From assembly GCA_003707115.1 (NCBI GenBank), contig PPNB01000030.1, positions 1 to 64,000 on the forward strand: a stretch of DNA of 64,000 nt. The letters run 5' to 3'. A model generated the notes under the pieces. It saw only the letters and a program-made list of their open reading frames with translations. It was not told where the DNA came from and made no database searches. This DNA comes from Tortispora ganteri. Lineage: Eukaryota. Numbering within the stretch: the stretch's first letter is position 1; each line of letters opens with the position of its first letter. Both the position numbers and the translations under genes were made by a program. Shown one piece after another: positions 34,221 through 44,989 of the stretch.

Positions 34221-36335
34221 TTAAGCTAAAATTCTTCGAAGGAGATATTCTGCATCTAATCCCAGTTCAACAAGTCGTGAGGCATGAACATGCGTGACTT
34301 TGGCGCAATCCTTAAACGTTTCTGTTTGCCGGCCAATACCAAACAGCTGTCGTGAAAAAAGAGTCTCGTACGATTCCATCTGATCTTTGATCCACCGTAT
34401 TAATTCACTTCTCAATCCGGGTAAATGAAAGATCTCCTTGTGCAACTTAGCAGTATTGTATATGATTCCGAATTGCACAATAGCTACTTCGGCGATATAA
34501 GAAGTGATATCGCCCCTGAACGAGCTTCGTCTCAATTGTGACTGGATAAGTGCTGACCGGACATTAAGGAATTCACGGTTTGCTTCGTCGTCGTAGCCAA
34601 GTTTCACTAGACATTTTAAGATCTCCCTTGTGCGTGGAAGCGGTAGACCTTCCCATTTAAGGTCCTGCATTAAATTGCCCTTAAATTTCTCTATAAGTAC
34701 CTTCAATTGTAATTGAAAAACGGTGTGCACTAGTTCCTCTAAGTCCTTCATATCGTCCACTAGATCTTGTGCCGTCGTTAAATGTTTAAGTGCATCTTCG
34801 GGTTCGTTGGAAACAATACTGAGATCCAATGCGTTCAATTGTTTGCCAATATTACGTATATGTCGCCCTAATTCCAAATTCGACATGGAAATTTCAGAGA
34901 AATATTTCGTAGAAAGTTCTCTCACACGTTCAACTGTTGTCGGCGAGGATTCTTGTGCAGAGTACAGAGCGATACTCTGCCGTAAAGCGTCTGCGTCAGT
35001 AGAAGTTCCAGGTTCGTGCGAAGCAGCGCGCGATTTCAGTAATACCTCAATCTCTTGCCTTACAGAAGATATAAAATCGTTTCTAGAAGCTGAAGGTTTA
35101 GAACAGAACAGAAACACTCTGGAACCTGCTTTCACAGAGAACACGAGTTGTGGTTTGGAAGAAGAGTCGTTTCCCGATAAGTCCTGGACTTCTATTGCGT
35201 CTAGAGACCAGCAATGTGCCACTGCTAGCTTCACGGACGTTTTAGACTGATTGTTGCTAGATCGTGCTCGTTTATTAGCGATCAGCAGATGGTCATTGAG
35301 CAGAATGATGTGTACGGGCTGTAATGTTTCCCATGTAGCTGAGTTCAGTTCGATCCAACCTCGCGATTCACGCACTATGTGTCTTCCTGGTATAGCAGGA
35401 AGAAACTTTTGCGATCTCTCTACGTTTCTCCACAGAGTTGCGAGTTCCATTGCCCACATACCTTCGAGTTCGAGCAAACTCTTACGTTGGCTGCGCCGGT
35501 TTGAAGGTTTTTGGAACGATTGTCTTGATGCGATTCTAGTTCTAGCATCTTCTTCTATTGATTCTGTCACGGTTATGATGTTATGGATAGGTCCTCTTAA
35601 CGATTTAGTATCTAGTTCCATTTCCTTCAGCTTTTCAAAGATTTGGACAAGTTGGTTATTATTTTGAGCCACACCGGCCTGAAGATCAGAAGCGATTCGC
35701 TCTTTAAGTTCGATAAGAGAATTGACAAATACTGAAACTTCATCTTCTGGAGCGTCTTGTAGGTTCATTTTGAGGAATTCTTTGGGGTCAAAATCAGGGG
35801 TATCGAAACCTTTCAGTTGGTCGAGATCTTCATTCAGGTTTGACGGTACAGTTCCATTTTCTAACGATATAATAGACTGAATTCTAGATATTTCTCTAGT
35901 TTCGCGGAGTCTAGGTATTTCTTTAACGTAAGGGTTTTCAGATGCGGTGAAATCGGGTGTTTGTTTTTGTTGTTGTGTTGATGTAGTCGGTTGAGTGGAG
36001 TAAGGGTCTGTAATCTGTGAATATTGAGCACATGCATTCTTAAAGGCATCATTTGTAGGTAAAGGTTCATCTGAATTTAATTTGAAAGATTTAGGAACGT
36101 GAGAAATGCGCGTTGAATAGCGTTGTTTTATGAGTTTAGCTACTCTGCGTTCATCTTCAGTTCTGACATCGATTCTTGGCTTTTCTTGGTTCACAAGAAC
36201 ATTAGAATCATTTTCGATATTTTTATTACGGTTTCTGTGTTTTTTACTAGCAAATGACCGGTGAAACCCGTGTTTGTCATGGCTTTTATGCGATTCCATG
36301 TGAGTTGTTGTCGAAAGGTAAGCACGAACCAGCAT
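34221..36335 (-). CDS. EXO84: Exocyst subunit Exo84
   Basis: RYS motif, FDPKEF Vps51-like coil, PH-like domain (LPAIPGRHI, WIELNSATW, LLNDHLLIA), and C-terminal FRGDITSYIAE. Alternative ATG at 36299. Confidence 0.9.
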   Translation of the reverse strand: MLVRAYLSTTTHMESHKSHDKHGFHRSFASKKHRNRNKNIENDSNVLVNQEKPRIDVRTEDERRVAKLIKQRYSTRISHVPKSFKLNSDEPLPTNDAFKNACAQYSQITDPYSTQPTTSTQQQKQTPDFTASENPYVKEIPRLRETREISRIQSIISLENGTVPSNLNEDLDQLKGFDTPDFDPKEFLKMNLQDAPEDEVSVFVNSLIELKERIASDLQAGVAQNNNQLVQIFEKLKEMELDTKSLRGPIHNIITVTESIEEDARTRIASRQSFQKPSNRRSQRKSLLELEGMWAMELATLWRNVERSQKFLPAIPGRHIVRESRGWIELNSATWETLQPVHIILLNDHLLIANKRARSSNNQSKTSVKLAVAHCWSLDAIEVQDLSGNDSSSKPQLVFSVKAGSRVFLFCSKPSASRNDFISSVRQEIEVLLKSRAASHEPGTSTDADALRQSIALYSAQESSPTTVERVRELSTKYFSEISMSNLELGRHIRNIGKQLNALDLSIVSNEPEDALKHLTTAQDLVDDMKDLEELVHTVFQLQLKVLIEKFKGNLMQDLKWEGLPLPRTREILKCLVKLGYDDEANREFLNVRSALIQSQLRRSSFRGDITSYIAEVAIVQFGIIYNTAKLHKEIFHLPGLRSELIRWIKDQMESYETLFSRQLFGIGRQTETFKDCAKVTHVHASRLVELGLDAEYLLRRILA

Positions 36336-36407
36336 GTGTCAAGTATTTGTCCATATTTAAATATATCTAATACGAATTCAAAATTGCAATTATATTATTA
36401 ATTCTCA

Positions 36408-37442
36408 TTATTTATGTGCAGACATATTAAACTCCTGTTCGAACTTCTTAACTTCTGCAAGCCATTGATCTTCTTCAGACAATGGTTCTGCTGATTGTTG
36501 TTCCATAGATTGCTGAAACTTATCAAACTCTTCTTGTTGGATTTTGTCATAATAATCTTTATAATCAATCCATCGTTCTTGCAACGATGGTCCATCAGCG
36601 CCGTCTAGTCCGCCCTGTCGCACGTTGTCTATCCATACTGAATCTCCTCCGATCTCTGTAGAACCAAATGCATATCCGTTAGCCTTATCGATAGTAAGTA
36701 GTAACGATATCATTGATCTTTTGTCTTCAACAGCTAACACTTCGAATGCAACAAGTCCGAAATCAGTCACCAACTCACCAAGTGCCCGCGTCAGCCCTTG
36801 CAACCGGTGACCCATTCTGTTAGATTCTTGGTCAACTAAAGGGTATAATCTCTCAAGATCCTGAACTTCCGTATAAAAATCTAAATTAAAGTCAAGCTTC
36901 CCATACCCTTGAATTAGATCAATCTTCGTAAGCACATTAACAATAGGCATCGTGAATTGCAACATGCTTCGAAGGGCAAGCGTCAGAACAGATACATATT
37001 GCGATGGAGATATGATATGTATAGAATCAATTAAATTCACTACAACAAGACGATAATCGTTTTTTTGTAGTTTTTCAAATATCGTTTTCAGTGAATTATT
37101 GTGCGTAAATATCTCAACTTGACCAGGACAATCAAAAAGAAGGTACTCGCCTTTCAGTTTCTTTATCTCTCCATAGAACTCATCCCAGTGTTCGTTCAGA
37201 ATATCCATAGATCTCATTATACCACCATTAGGTCCTAAATGCTCAGTTTCCATTACATCTTCGATCTTCAAGTATGTTCTTACATCTAACGCACAAGGAT
37301 ACTGTACATGATCGTTTGCCGGATCCAGATTCACTACAGAAGCTTTCCGTCCTATTGCTGAAAGAAACTGAAACATTCCATAACAGTATGTGGATTTGCC
37401 GGCTCCTGGAGGACCAATTACTAGCTGGCCAAATTGTGGCAT
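36408..37442 (-). CDS. GPN2: GPN-loop GTPase 2
   Basis: FGQLVIGPPGAGKST, NLDPAN, LGPNG, DCPGQVE and FNLDFYTEVQDL. ATG at 37442. Confidence 0.93.
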   Translation of the reverse strand: MPQFGQLVIGPPGAGKSTYCYGMFQFLSAIGRKASVVNLDPANDHVQYPCALDVRTYLKIEDVMETEHLGPNGGIMRSMDILNEHWDEFYGEIKKLKGEYLLFDCPGQVEIFTHNNSLKTIFEKLQKNDYRLVVVNLIDSIHIISPSQYVSVLTLALRSMLQFTMPIVNVLTKIDLIQGYGKLDFNLDFYTEVQDLERLYPLVDQESNRMGHRLQGLTRALGELVTDFGLVAFEVLAVEDKRSMISLLLTIDKANGYAFGSTEIGGDSVWIDNVRQGGLDGADGPSLQERWIDYKDYYDKIQQEEFDKFQQSMEQQSAEPLSEEDQWLAEVKKFEQEFNMSAHK

Positions 37443-37763
37443 CGTTATTGTCAGGTACAAGGAAAGAAAACCTCTATAATTAATCAGCCTTTCTGTTTCT
37501 TTCGTACCCTCAACTCCCAATTTCGTCTTTACAGATTACTATTCTTCTCTAATAGTCATATCCCAGCTTAAGTTTGCTTATCGTATTATCACTGCAATAA
37601 CTTCTTAGTTTGTATCTCTTAATTGTACCTATATGTCCGCATAGTTCATTAAATATTATTTGCCAATAGAATTTTTGATTATTATCATTTCTGCCAGGCA
37701 GAAACTCTATTTGTCCTGACAGTTACAACAACTTCCTTAACTGAATGTCATTCATGTCATATT

Positions 37764-39887
37764 CTACATAATGTAACTGAGAAGCGCTCGGGTAATTGTT
37801 TTCTTCACCGGCTTCGCATTAGCTGTCCTTTGAGCATCAAGTATATCCATTTCGCGCCGCCCTGTATCAAGGTCAAGCCTATCTAGCGGTACCATCCTAG
37901 TTCCACGAAATAGCTTGTAGCCTAAAATGCATACTATAAACAGCAGCACACTGCAATAGGCAGCAAAAAAATCCTGCACCCTAAATGCGCCACTCAAAAA
38001 TACATGAAACCCATTTAGCAGCACTATCAGCGTCGCAAAGAGCGCCCCAAAGTAAGCAAGGTAGGGCTGGAACGGGGATCGAAACGGGAAATGCGGTGAG
38101 TCTCGCGCAGGAATGTCGCTCCGTTTTTTAAGCCCATAATAAAATCTCACATATGCAAAACACATTCCACCCCAAGCCATAATTCCTGCTGTAGTCGTTA
38201 AATTCAGCAACCAAGAGAACACTTGTGTGCCTCTGGTGTCCACGGTTATGTACGCCAGCAGTCCGAACGACCCTGAAACAAGAACAGCCACGTACGGTAC
38301 ACCTGCTTTAGAGCATTTGGATAAAACTATAGGTAGTTTCTGCTGAACAGCAAGCGCATACATTGTTCGACTTGATGCATAGAGATGGGAGCTGCCGGCT
38401 GAAATTGCAAAAAATACTAGCATCCCGTTCATGACCGCTGCAAGCGTACAAAGCCCAGCATTCTGCATAGCAATAACCCAAGGACTGTTATTTCCATTAC
38501 CAAAATTCGTGTTAATTATCGTTGCAGCGTAACAATTTCCATTACCATAATACCCCACTCGTGTGTCATTAACGCCCTCATCTTTCGCCATGTCAGAGTC
38601 GATCGGATAGTTAAAGTAAGAAAGCAATCGAAGATCGCCTGCATAGACGTTTAAGCCAACAGCAAACACTCCCAAGACATACATGAGCACAATGCGAAAG
38701 AATGTTCGTTTAATCGCAGACGGCAAACTACTTCGAGGGTTACGCGCCTCACCGGCCGTAATAGCCACAATCTCTGTGCCAATATATGAGAATCCAGCCA
38801 CACTCAGCGCGCTCCATGTCTGAAGGAGTTGCCCAAGTGAACCTCCAATGCCTTGCAAAGGATCGAACGGGTCTAAGTAGTTATATGTAGGACGAAATGG
38901 TCCGTAGTAAACTTCTTTATCCGGTTCTGACAAAGCCGTGTTCCAGTATTTGAATCCAATGAATTCGTACATCGGAGAGACTTTTCCCTGATTAAGAATA
39001 AAGTTGAATATAATAAGCATCATAACGACAAGTATTTTGACGTATCCTGCCACTGTTTCCAGCTCGCCGTACACTCTCACGTCCAGGAGCGCTATGGATA
39101 GCACGACAAACAAGAAGACAGTAATCCAGATCGCCGGATTGTATTGAGACGGGTCAAGTTCTGGATAATAAGACATCAACAGTGCAGCTGCAGTCATTTC
39201 AGTGGGCAGAGCTATAGTGAACGAGAACCAGTAAGAGACACCAAGAGCAAAGCCGACCGCATCATCTATGAAACGCGAAGCAAACGCCGATAGGCCACCG
39301 GCCACCGGTATAAGAGTAACCATTTCACATAAACATAACATGACAGCTGTAATAAGACATCCTGTAAGGAAGAATCCTAAAAGAGATCCCAGCGGGCCTC
39401 CTACACGAATAGCTTTGCCAAGGGCCAGGAAAAGGCCTACACCTACGGAACCGCCTAGAGCAATGAAGTGGAGGTGCCGGCTAGATAGTTTGCGCTGAAG
39501 ACCGCGTACGCTAGGGGTATCGGGGGCTTCTTCGACAACTGCCATATCAGCTGGAGGGATAAATTTTGGATGACCCTTTTCTGGGTCGCATGAGGCCGTA
39601 GACCTTAGAGAGTGTCGCAGGCTTGCTGTGTCGTTTGAACTGTGGTAAGCAGATATCTCTGAGTTTCCATCTGAGTCTGAGTCTAATACTGATGCCAGTA
39701 TACGGGTGTCCACCATGGAACGGGCTATATCGTAATAGGCCTGTGATGTTCTTTCTGTCGAAGAGAAGTTCTCGCGTGTGACATTAGGAAAGATAGACGT
39801 GGAGGTTGTGTAAACAGGTGACGACTGCGTGGTGACTGTGCGGTCAAAATCCGATTCTTTTTCTGAAGCAGAATCATTGTTATCCAT
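37764..39887 (-). CDS. SSY1: Amino-acid sensor/permease of the YAT family, Ssy1-like
   Basis: Extended N-terminus, about 12 TMs, Ssy1-characteristic enlarged loops (GFKYW...YGPFRPT; GDLRLLSYF...SPWVIAMQNAGLC), and LDLDTGRREMD. Confidence 0.85.
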   Translation of the reverse strand: MDNNDSASEKESDFDRTVTTQSSPVYTTSTSIFPNVTRENFSSTERTSQAYYDIARSMVDTRILASVLDSDSDGNSEISAYHSSNDTASLRHSLRSTASCDPEKGHPKFIPPADMAVVEEAPDTPSVRGLQRKLSSRHLHFIALGGSVGVGLFLALGKAIRVGGPLGSLLGFFLTGCLITAVMLCLCEMVTLIPVAGGLSAFASRFIDDAVGFALGVSYWFSFTIALPTEMTAAALLMSYYPELDPSQYNPAIWITVFLFVVLSIALLDVRVYGELETVAGYVKILVVMMLIIFNFILNQGKVSPMYEFIGFKYWNTALSEPDKEVYYGPFRPTYNYLDPFDPLQGIGGSLGQLLQTWSALSVAGFSYIGTEIVAITAGEARNPRSSLPSAIKRTFFRIVLMYVLGVFAVGLNVYAGDLRLLSYFNYPIDSDMAKDEGVNDTRVGYYGNGNCYAATIINTNFGNGNNSPWVIAMQNAGLCTLAAVMNGMLVFFAISAGSSHLYASSRTMYALAVQQKLPIVLSKCSKAGVPYVAVLVSGSFGLLAYITVDTRGTQVFSWLLNLTTTAGIMAWGGMCFAYVRFYYGLKKRSDIPARDSPHFPFRSPFQPYLAYFGALFATLIVLLNGFHVFLSGAFRVQDFFAAYCSVLLFIVCILGYKLFRGTRMVPLDRLDLDTGRREMDILDAQRTANAKPVKKTITRALLSYIM

Positions 39888-40284
39888 GGCTTTTATTTTG
39901 TGGCGCCAAGAGCATCAACAAGCAAGAAAATGTAGGGGGGCAAGTGCAATCGAAATAGCGCATTTACAGAATCCGCTCAGCCACCTATTCCGCTACCTGT
40001 ATGAGTACCTCGCAAGATAACCGTTATAATAGCACAAATATGCGGAATAAATATGCAAAGATAAGAAAAGAACAAGCAGAAAGGTCCTGAAAAGCTGCCG
40101 ATGAACAATTTGGTGGAACTATAGACTATTAGAGGTCAATGATAAAGTTAGATAAGGGGTAGAATTGGCCAAAAAGGGTAATAACAGTGCAATTAAGATT
40201 TTAGCCAGATACATAACTATAACCTTCAGTTAGACCATTGTAAGAATTTATTCATATATATGTTTATATATATAATCCTTCTGT

Positions 40285-41991
40285 TTACATAAGCGTGCAG
40301 ATATTGTTGGAATTGAGGTATGTAAATGATCTCCAATACTCGTTGACGTAAGCAGTCCATATATTAGAGAAAAAGGTAAGATCTTCGCCTGTCGGGTTAG
40401 ACAACCCTAAAACTCTCAGCGACTTCTCGGTCAGGTCGTAGTTTCTGTCAAGCCCTAATTGTCTGCATTGTCTCTTCCATTCGTATCGTCTAAAGTGAAT
40501 CATGCCTATTCGCTCGAATAACTCTGACAAACTTTTTGCTCTTTCGATGTTACCCTCGTCCATTGCCACATAGAACTGATCAATCACACGTTGCAGTCCG
40601 CCGTGGTTGTACACTGGATATGTTTGCTTGTGCGGACTCTGACTTTTGGCGTTGCTGAGGCTTATGCTCAATACTTTACGGACGAATAGGTGCGAAATGT
40701 TTGGGCAGTCAAACATATACACTTTTAGTCGCGGTGATCCTTTTTCAAGTTTTGGCATAGACGCGAACACTTCTAGAATCTCAGAGTCGATCTGCGTGTT
40801 ATCTAGATCGATTTCGCTTAACGAAGGCATTGATCGAATAAAAACACCAATGCATCGACAGGTCAGTTGGACGCACCCCGACAATCTTACAACTGCGAGC
40901 TGTGGATGGGCAGAGGAAGTGCTGATTGCTTCGAGGAAATCGTCCTGTAGCCAATCTATATGCGAGCAGTCTAGTTCCTTCAACTCACGCAAATTTGTCA
41001 CACAATACGCAAGAGCTGTATTACTTAAAGCTCTAGATTGTGCAATGTTAAGCGATTCAAGGTGGGGGAACATATGCGGAATTAATTTCAGAGCCGTGGA
41101 ACCAATTTTCGGGCAATTTGCAATATTCAAGCTCCGCAGCTGGCTAAACTTGTAGCTAGAGATGCTATCGTCCACTATAGTCTCAATATTTGTCACATCT
41201 GGATTTTCATTAAGCACGAATCGCAACAGGAGCGAATCTGTAAGTGCCGACGAGTGCGAGATATCGATAGACGCTAAACTGCGGGAACTGTTAAGCGCGT
41301 ACATAATCTTTTTGAGAATGCGCGGGACGTTTATACCGCTTATTAGAAGCTTTTCGAGATTAGGGCTGTTAGTTATAACCGATTCGAATGCGTCAGCAAT
41401 AAGAATTTCGTTTGATGCGCGCATGCCAGGTTTGAGGGACGACTGCTGATTCGAAATCGTACCATTGACGATGCTTGGAGTGGCACTGACGTCTAGTAAT
41501 TGCAAAGAACATCTAGTTTGTGCCAATACTGTCATTTTAGTTCCATCAAATATGTTACAGCCTCTAACGTCTAGCACTTTCAAGTTGGTGGCATTTGACC
41601 GGATCAAGTCGTCCAACACGGTATCATTTTCTGCAAAGTGACCGTTCCGCGCACTTACGGTATGCAATTTTGTGAAATTCTCAAATTTGACCTCAAGTGG
41701 GTCGACGGAATGAACACCGTCTAAGTACAGGCTATAAACACATTTGCCTACATGGGAGCAGATCGTATCCCAGGTCGAAGACGAGAGATCAGGGTAGTCG
41801 CGAAACACAATAGGATCGGGAAGAGGGGTAGAAAATAGCAAATTATGCCATAGTCGGCATGTTGTGGCTACGGAATGCCTCTCTGCTAATGAAAGGTATC
41901 TAAATATAGAACAGAGGAGTTCTGGCGCAAAGATATCGTTCAAACAGATACTGGCCGCAGTGTCGTTAGCCATTGATGGTGTAGTAGCCAT
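40285..41991 (-). CDS. F-box/leucine-rich-repeat protein
   Basis: F-box PELLCSIFRYL...VATTCRLW followed by cysteine-containing LRRs. ATG at 41991 or 41973. Confidence 0.82.
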   Translation of the reverse strand: MATTPSMANDTAASICLNDIFAPELLCSIFRYLSLAERHSVATTCRLWHNLLFSTPLPDPIVFRDYPDLSSSTWDTICSHVGKCVYSLYLDGVHSVDPLEVKFENFTKLHTVSARNGHFAENDTVLDDLIRSNATNLKVLDVRGCNIFDGTKMTVLAQTRCSLQLLDVSATPSIVNGTISNQQSSLKPGMRASNEILIADAFESVITNSPNLEKLLISGINVPRILKKIMYALNSSRSLASIDISHSSALTDSLLLRFVLNENPDVTNIETIVDDSISSYKFSQLRSLNIANCPKIGSTALKLIPHMFPHLESLNIAQSRALSNTALAYCVTNLRELKELDCSHIDWLQDDFLEAISTSSAHPQLAVVRLSGCVQLTCRCIGVFIRSMPSLSEIDLDNTQIDSEILEVFASMPKLEKGSPRLKVYMFDCPNISHLFVRKVLSISLSNAKSQSPHKQTYPVYNHGGLQRVIDQFYVAMDEGNIERAKSLSELFERIGMIHFRRYEWKRQCRQLGLDRNYDLTEKSLRVLGLSNPTGEDLTFFSNIWTAYVNEYWRSFTYLNSNNICTLM

Positions 41992-42484
41992 TACATAAAC
42001 ATGCAAGGATCAATCTATAGATCTGAACAAAAAGACAAAAATGAGAATGGAGAAAATATGTATAGAGCTATAAAAAGGCGGCAAAATTGATCGGCTAGAG
42101 GTATTGAAAGTGGGGGGAGGAGTCAGGATCGCCTATCTCATTGCCATCATCCGTATCTATTAAACCTTATATTAGCCAATAGAACACCCTTATTGATCCC
42201 AATACTTTCAATTTTACCAACCTTGGTCTGAAACCACCACCCTGCAGACAGACCAGACCCATCGTCAGACTAATTTTATGCAAATTCTTAGTAATTACAG
42301 CATATTCTAGCTTGCCATTTTGTTTCGTTTTCTATAATTAAACTAATTTACACGACTAAACAGGACCCTGTAGGCGCCGTTCGTGTATCATATCTGCAAA
42401 CCCTATACCCCGTAAGACCCTATACGTACGTCTTTACAGTATTCTTCCTCTACATATCAACCACGGCACTATTTTCCGCGATCA

Positions 42485-43843
42485 ATGGCGCGCAATGCAC
42501 GGCTGGAGAAAGTTCCGGGACAGCTGTTTGCACGAAGAAAACGTTCAACTTCATGTAATACAAAGCTGGTAGATGCTGAAGATCTGTTCTATGAGGATCC
42601 AGTATCGCTTTCCTCAGTTGACATTGGTTTTATAGGAGACACTTTCGGTCGCAGGCTAGATCAACTGCCGCGGCTTGTGAACGTCTCGGCAGACATCAAT
42701 GCGCATTTGTACTTGCTGTTTGCTGTAGTTTATAATCGTTTTGTTTCTTCCTGGTACGATCGGGTCTCACCTAACAAATCAATGCGCACTCACTACTGTC
42801 AGTTACTACAACACGTATTTGCACGACTCGAAGAGAGATGGCTATCGATAGACTATGCTCACTTTGTTATGTCAATACCCGCAATGCTGCAGTTGCACGT
42901 ACGCGCGTATAGGAATGCCTCTAACTCTCTAAATTCATGGACCAATCCGTGTAGTGACCTCGCTACAACGTATCTCGATATCAATGGCCACCCGGCAATA
43001 AAAACAGACTCAGAATCCGCATATAAACTCATAATGTCACGTCAGATTGTTTTATCAGTAGTTCCTGATACCGAACTGAAATTGCCCGCTTCACAGTTCT
43101 TCCTTGAATCAGTGGTAGCAGACGCCGTCCTCTCACCCCTGATCGATCTCATCAGCTCTTCTAACTTCCTCTATTTCATTATACACTCAACAATAAAGCC
43201 ACCACAACATTCTGGACCAAATAAAGGGTCATTTGACGTTTTGGCCTCTGTATGCGCCTTCTGTTTCATCAGTACAGTCCAAATCGCTGTCATTATCGAG
43301 CATCTACTGGTTTCGGCTGTCTTACAAACCGCAAATATCCCCAATACCTCAGTTTCCTCTATATCAGCAGCATATTTCTCGTTTTTTTTTACTCTTTTCA
43401 ATATAGACAACCTGTCACCATTCTTCGCACTACCTCTGCAATTGCTAGCATACATCGCCACGGCACTCGATGCTGATATACTTATCGTTCATACACTAGA
43501 AAGGTCACTGCTTTCGAAATCTTTTCTCAAATTTATAGTGTCAGCTGTTGCAAAGAAACTCAGGTATAATCCTGAACCTATGCCTGAGATATCTGTAGAC
43601 GAAGTCTCTGCTGTTTTCTTGGAGAAATGGCCAGCACTTAATCACCTAATCCGGCCGCTATACCACCAACCCGCGATAGAATTTATTCAGTATGTCTTGG
43701 AACCATTTTCCAGTGACAAACTGAACAGAAATCTTGCATATAGTATCACTGACTCTATGCAATACTATCTCTTCAGAGAAATCTTACATTCAGACAAACT
43801 AATTGGATTGACTGTCGAAGAAGCTTTAGTCAAACCGATATAG
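42485..43843 (+). CDS. PXA-domain protein lacking an obvious PX domain (Nvj3/Pxa1-like)
   Basis: INAHLYLLFAVVYNRFVSSWY PXA start, HPA motif, and C-terminal PFSSDKLNRNLAY. Confidence 0.65.
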   Translation: MARNARLEKVPGQLFARRKRSTSCNTKLVDAEDLFYEDPVSLSSVDIGFIGDTFGRRLDQLPRLVNVSADINAHLYLLFAVVYNRFVSSWYDRVSPNKSMRTHYCQLLQHVFARLEERWLSIDYAHFVMSIPAMLQLHVRAYRNASNSLNSWTNPCSDLATTYLDINGHPAIKTDSESAYKLIMSRQIVLSVVPDTELKLPASQFFLESVVADAVLSPLIDLISSSNFLYFIIHSTIKPPQHSGPNKGSFDVLASVCAFCFISTVQIAVIIEHLLVSAVLQTANIPNTSVSSISAAYFSFFFTLFNIDNLSPFFALPLQLLAYIATALDADILIVHTLERSLLSKSFLKFIVSAVAKKLRYNPEPMPEISVDEVSAVFLEKWPALNHLIRPLYHQPAIEFIQYVLEPFSSDKLNRNLAYSITDSMQYYLFREILHSDKLIGLTVEEALVKPI

Positions 43844-44029
43844 CGTCTCTACTTACTAGATATTGATAATAACTTTTTATTGATATTGGATATATATTTT
43901 TATTCCGAATAGCCTGCAAGTGGAAGTTGTGGATCATTTCACCGTTTGCGAAATGGCGTGCGCTCAAAGGAATTTTGTTTCCACTTTCCACTCCTGACTT
44001 TGCACCTTGTGTCTATAGCAGTACAGGTT

Positions 44030-44989
44030 TCAGGATTCTTGACTTCCCATACTATCGATCAACCTATTCTCCGCAGGAGTTATTGGCCGATTATGCTCCT
44101 CCGCGAAAGGGTACACATCCCTGAGTACTTTGTAGTCAAAACCTGCCCCTCCGGTATTGAGCATTACGTCTAAAGAAGGAGGGTGTGCGATAAGAAACTC
44201 TCCTGGAATGTCTCGTGGAACTGTTATCATATAATCTCTGCGGAAATTATCGATCCAGTCTTCGTCAGGCCTGAAATCCACACCATGTATTTCACGTGCC
44301 TTGTTCGCACAAATATCTGCAATTTGGTCACATGTTATCGTTATATACTTGTTCTGCTCGCTGTGGACGACATCTAGTACGGCCCTCTTAAATGCGTCTC
44401 CATCAGGGTTGAATTGGTTTGCCAATGCTGGAAAGCATCGATACTGCTGGTTGAAATTTTCCTGAATACTAGGCTTGAACGTATCAATTTGACTGAGCTG
44501 AGAGTTTTTAACTTTAGAAGATGATTTTTCACACTTCTGGTAATACTGTTTGACTACTTTTGATACAGTGCTGCGCTCTATACCAAAGAGTGCTGCGATA
44601 TCCTTTTGGGTCTTCAAAGGGTACATTTTTGAGAAGAGTACTATCTCTTCCTTTTTTTCTGGGGTTAACGCTCCGCGCTTCTTTTTGCCTCGTTTCAGAC
44701 GTGCCACGGGGAATGAAACCGGTGGATTTATATTTGGAGAAGGCTGGTGACTATTTTCTGACTCACAGCTGGCGTCGCCATGGTTTGAATGATCAATGGG
44801 ACCGTATGTATAGTTATTCATTGATGGATTAGTCACATACTGCGGACTGGAGACATTTAACGGGGTATAGAACAATGGAACGGATTCATAATCCGGGCTA
44901 AAAATATCGTAAATAGCAGAAGTCTGGTGATCTTGCGATACCCTGTTTCCATGTGTGTATGGTATATTAGAGAAATTATTTCGCTGCAT
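44030..44989 (-). CDS. CENP-B/psq-type HTH DNA-binding protein (pogo/Tc5-derived, no DDE domain)
   Basis: KKRGALTPEKKEEI...TQKDIAALFGIERSTVSKVVK, and a second HTH-like block ending FRPDEDWIDNFRRDY. Confidence 0.75.
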   Translation of the reverse strand: MQRNNFSNIPYTHGNRVSQDHQTSAIYDIFSPDYESVPLFYTPLNVSSPQYVTNPSMNNYTYGPIDHSNHGDASCESENSHQPSPNINPPVSFPVARLKRGKKKRGALTPEKKEEIVLFSKMYPLKTQKDIAALFGIERSTVSKVVKQYYQKCEKSSSKVKNSQLSQIDTFKPSIQENFNQQYRCFPALANQFNPDGDAFKRAVLDVVHSEQNKYITITCDQIADICANKAREIHGVDFRPDEDWIDNFRRDYMITVPRDIPGEFLIAHPPSLDVMLNTGGAGFDYKVLRDVYPFAEEHNRPITPAENRLIDSMGSQES

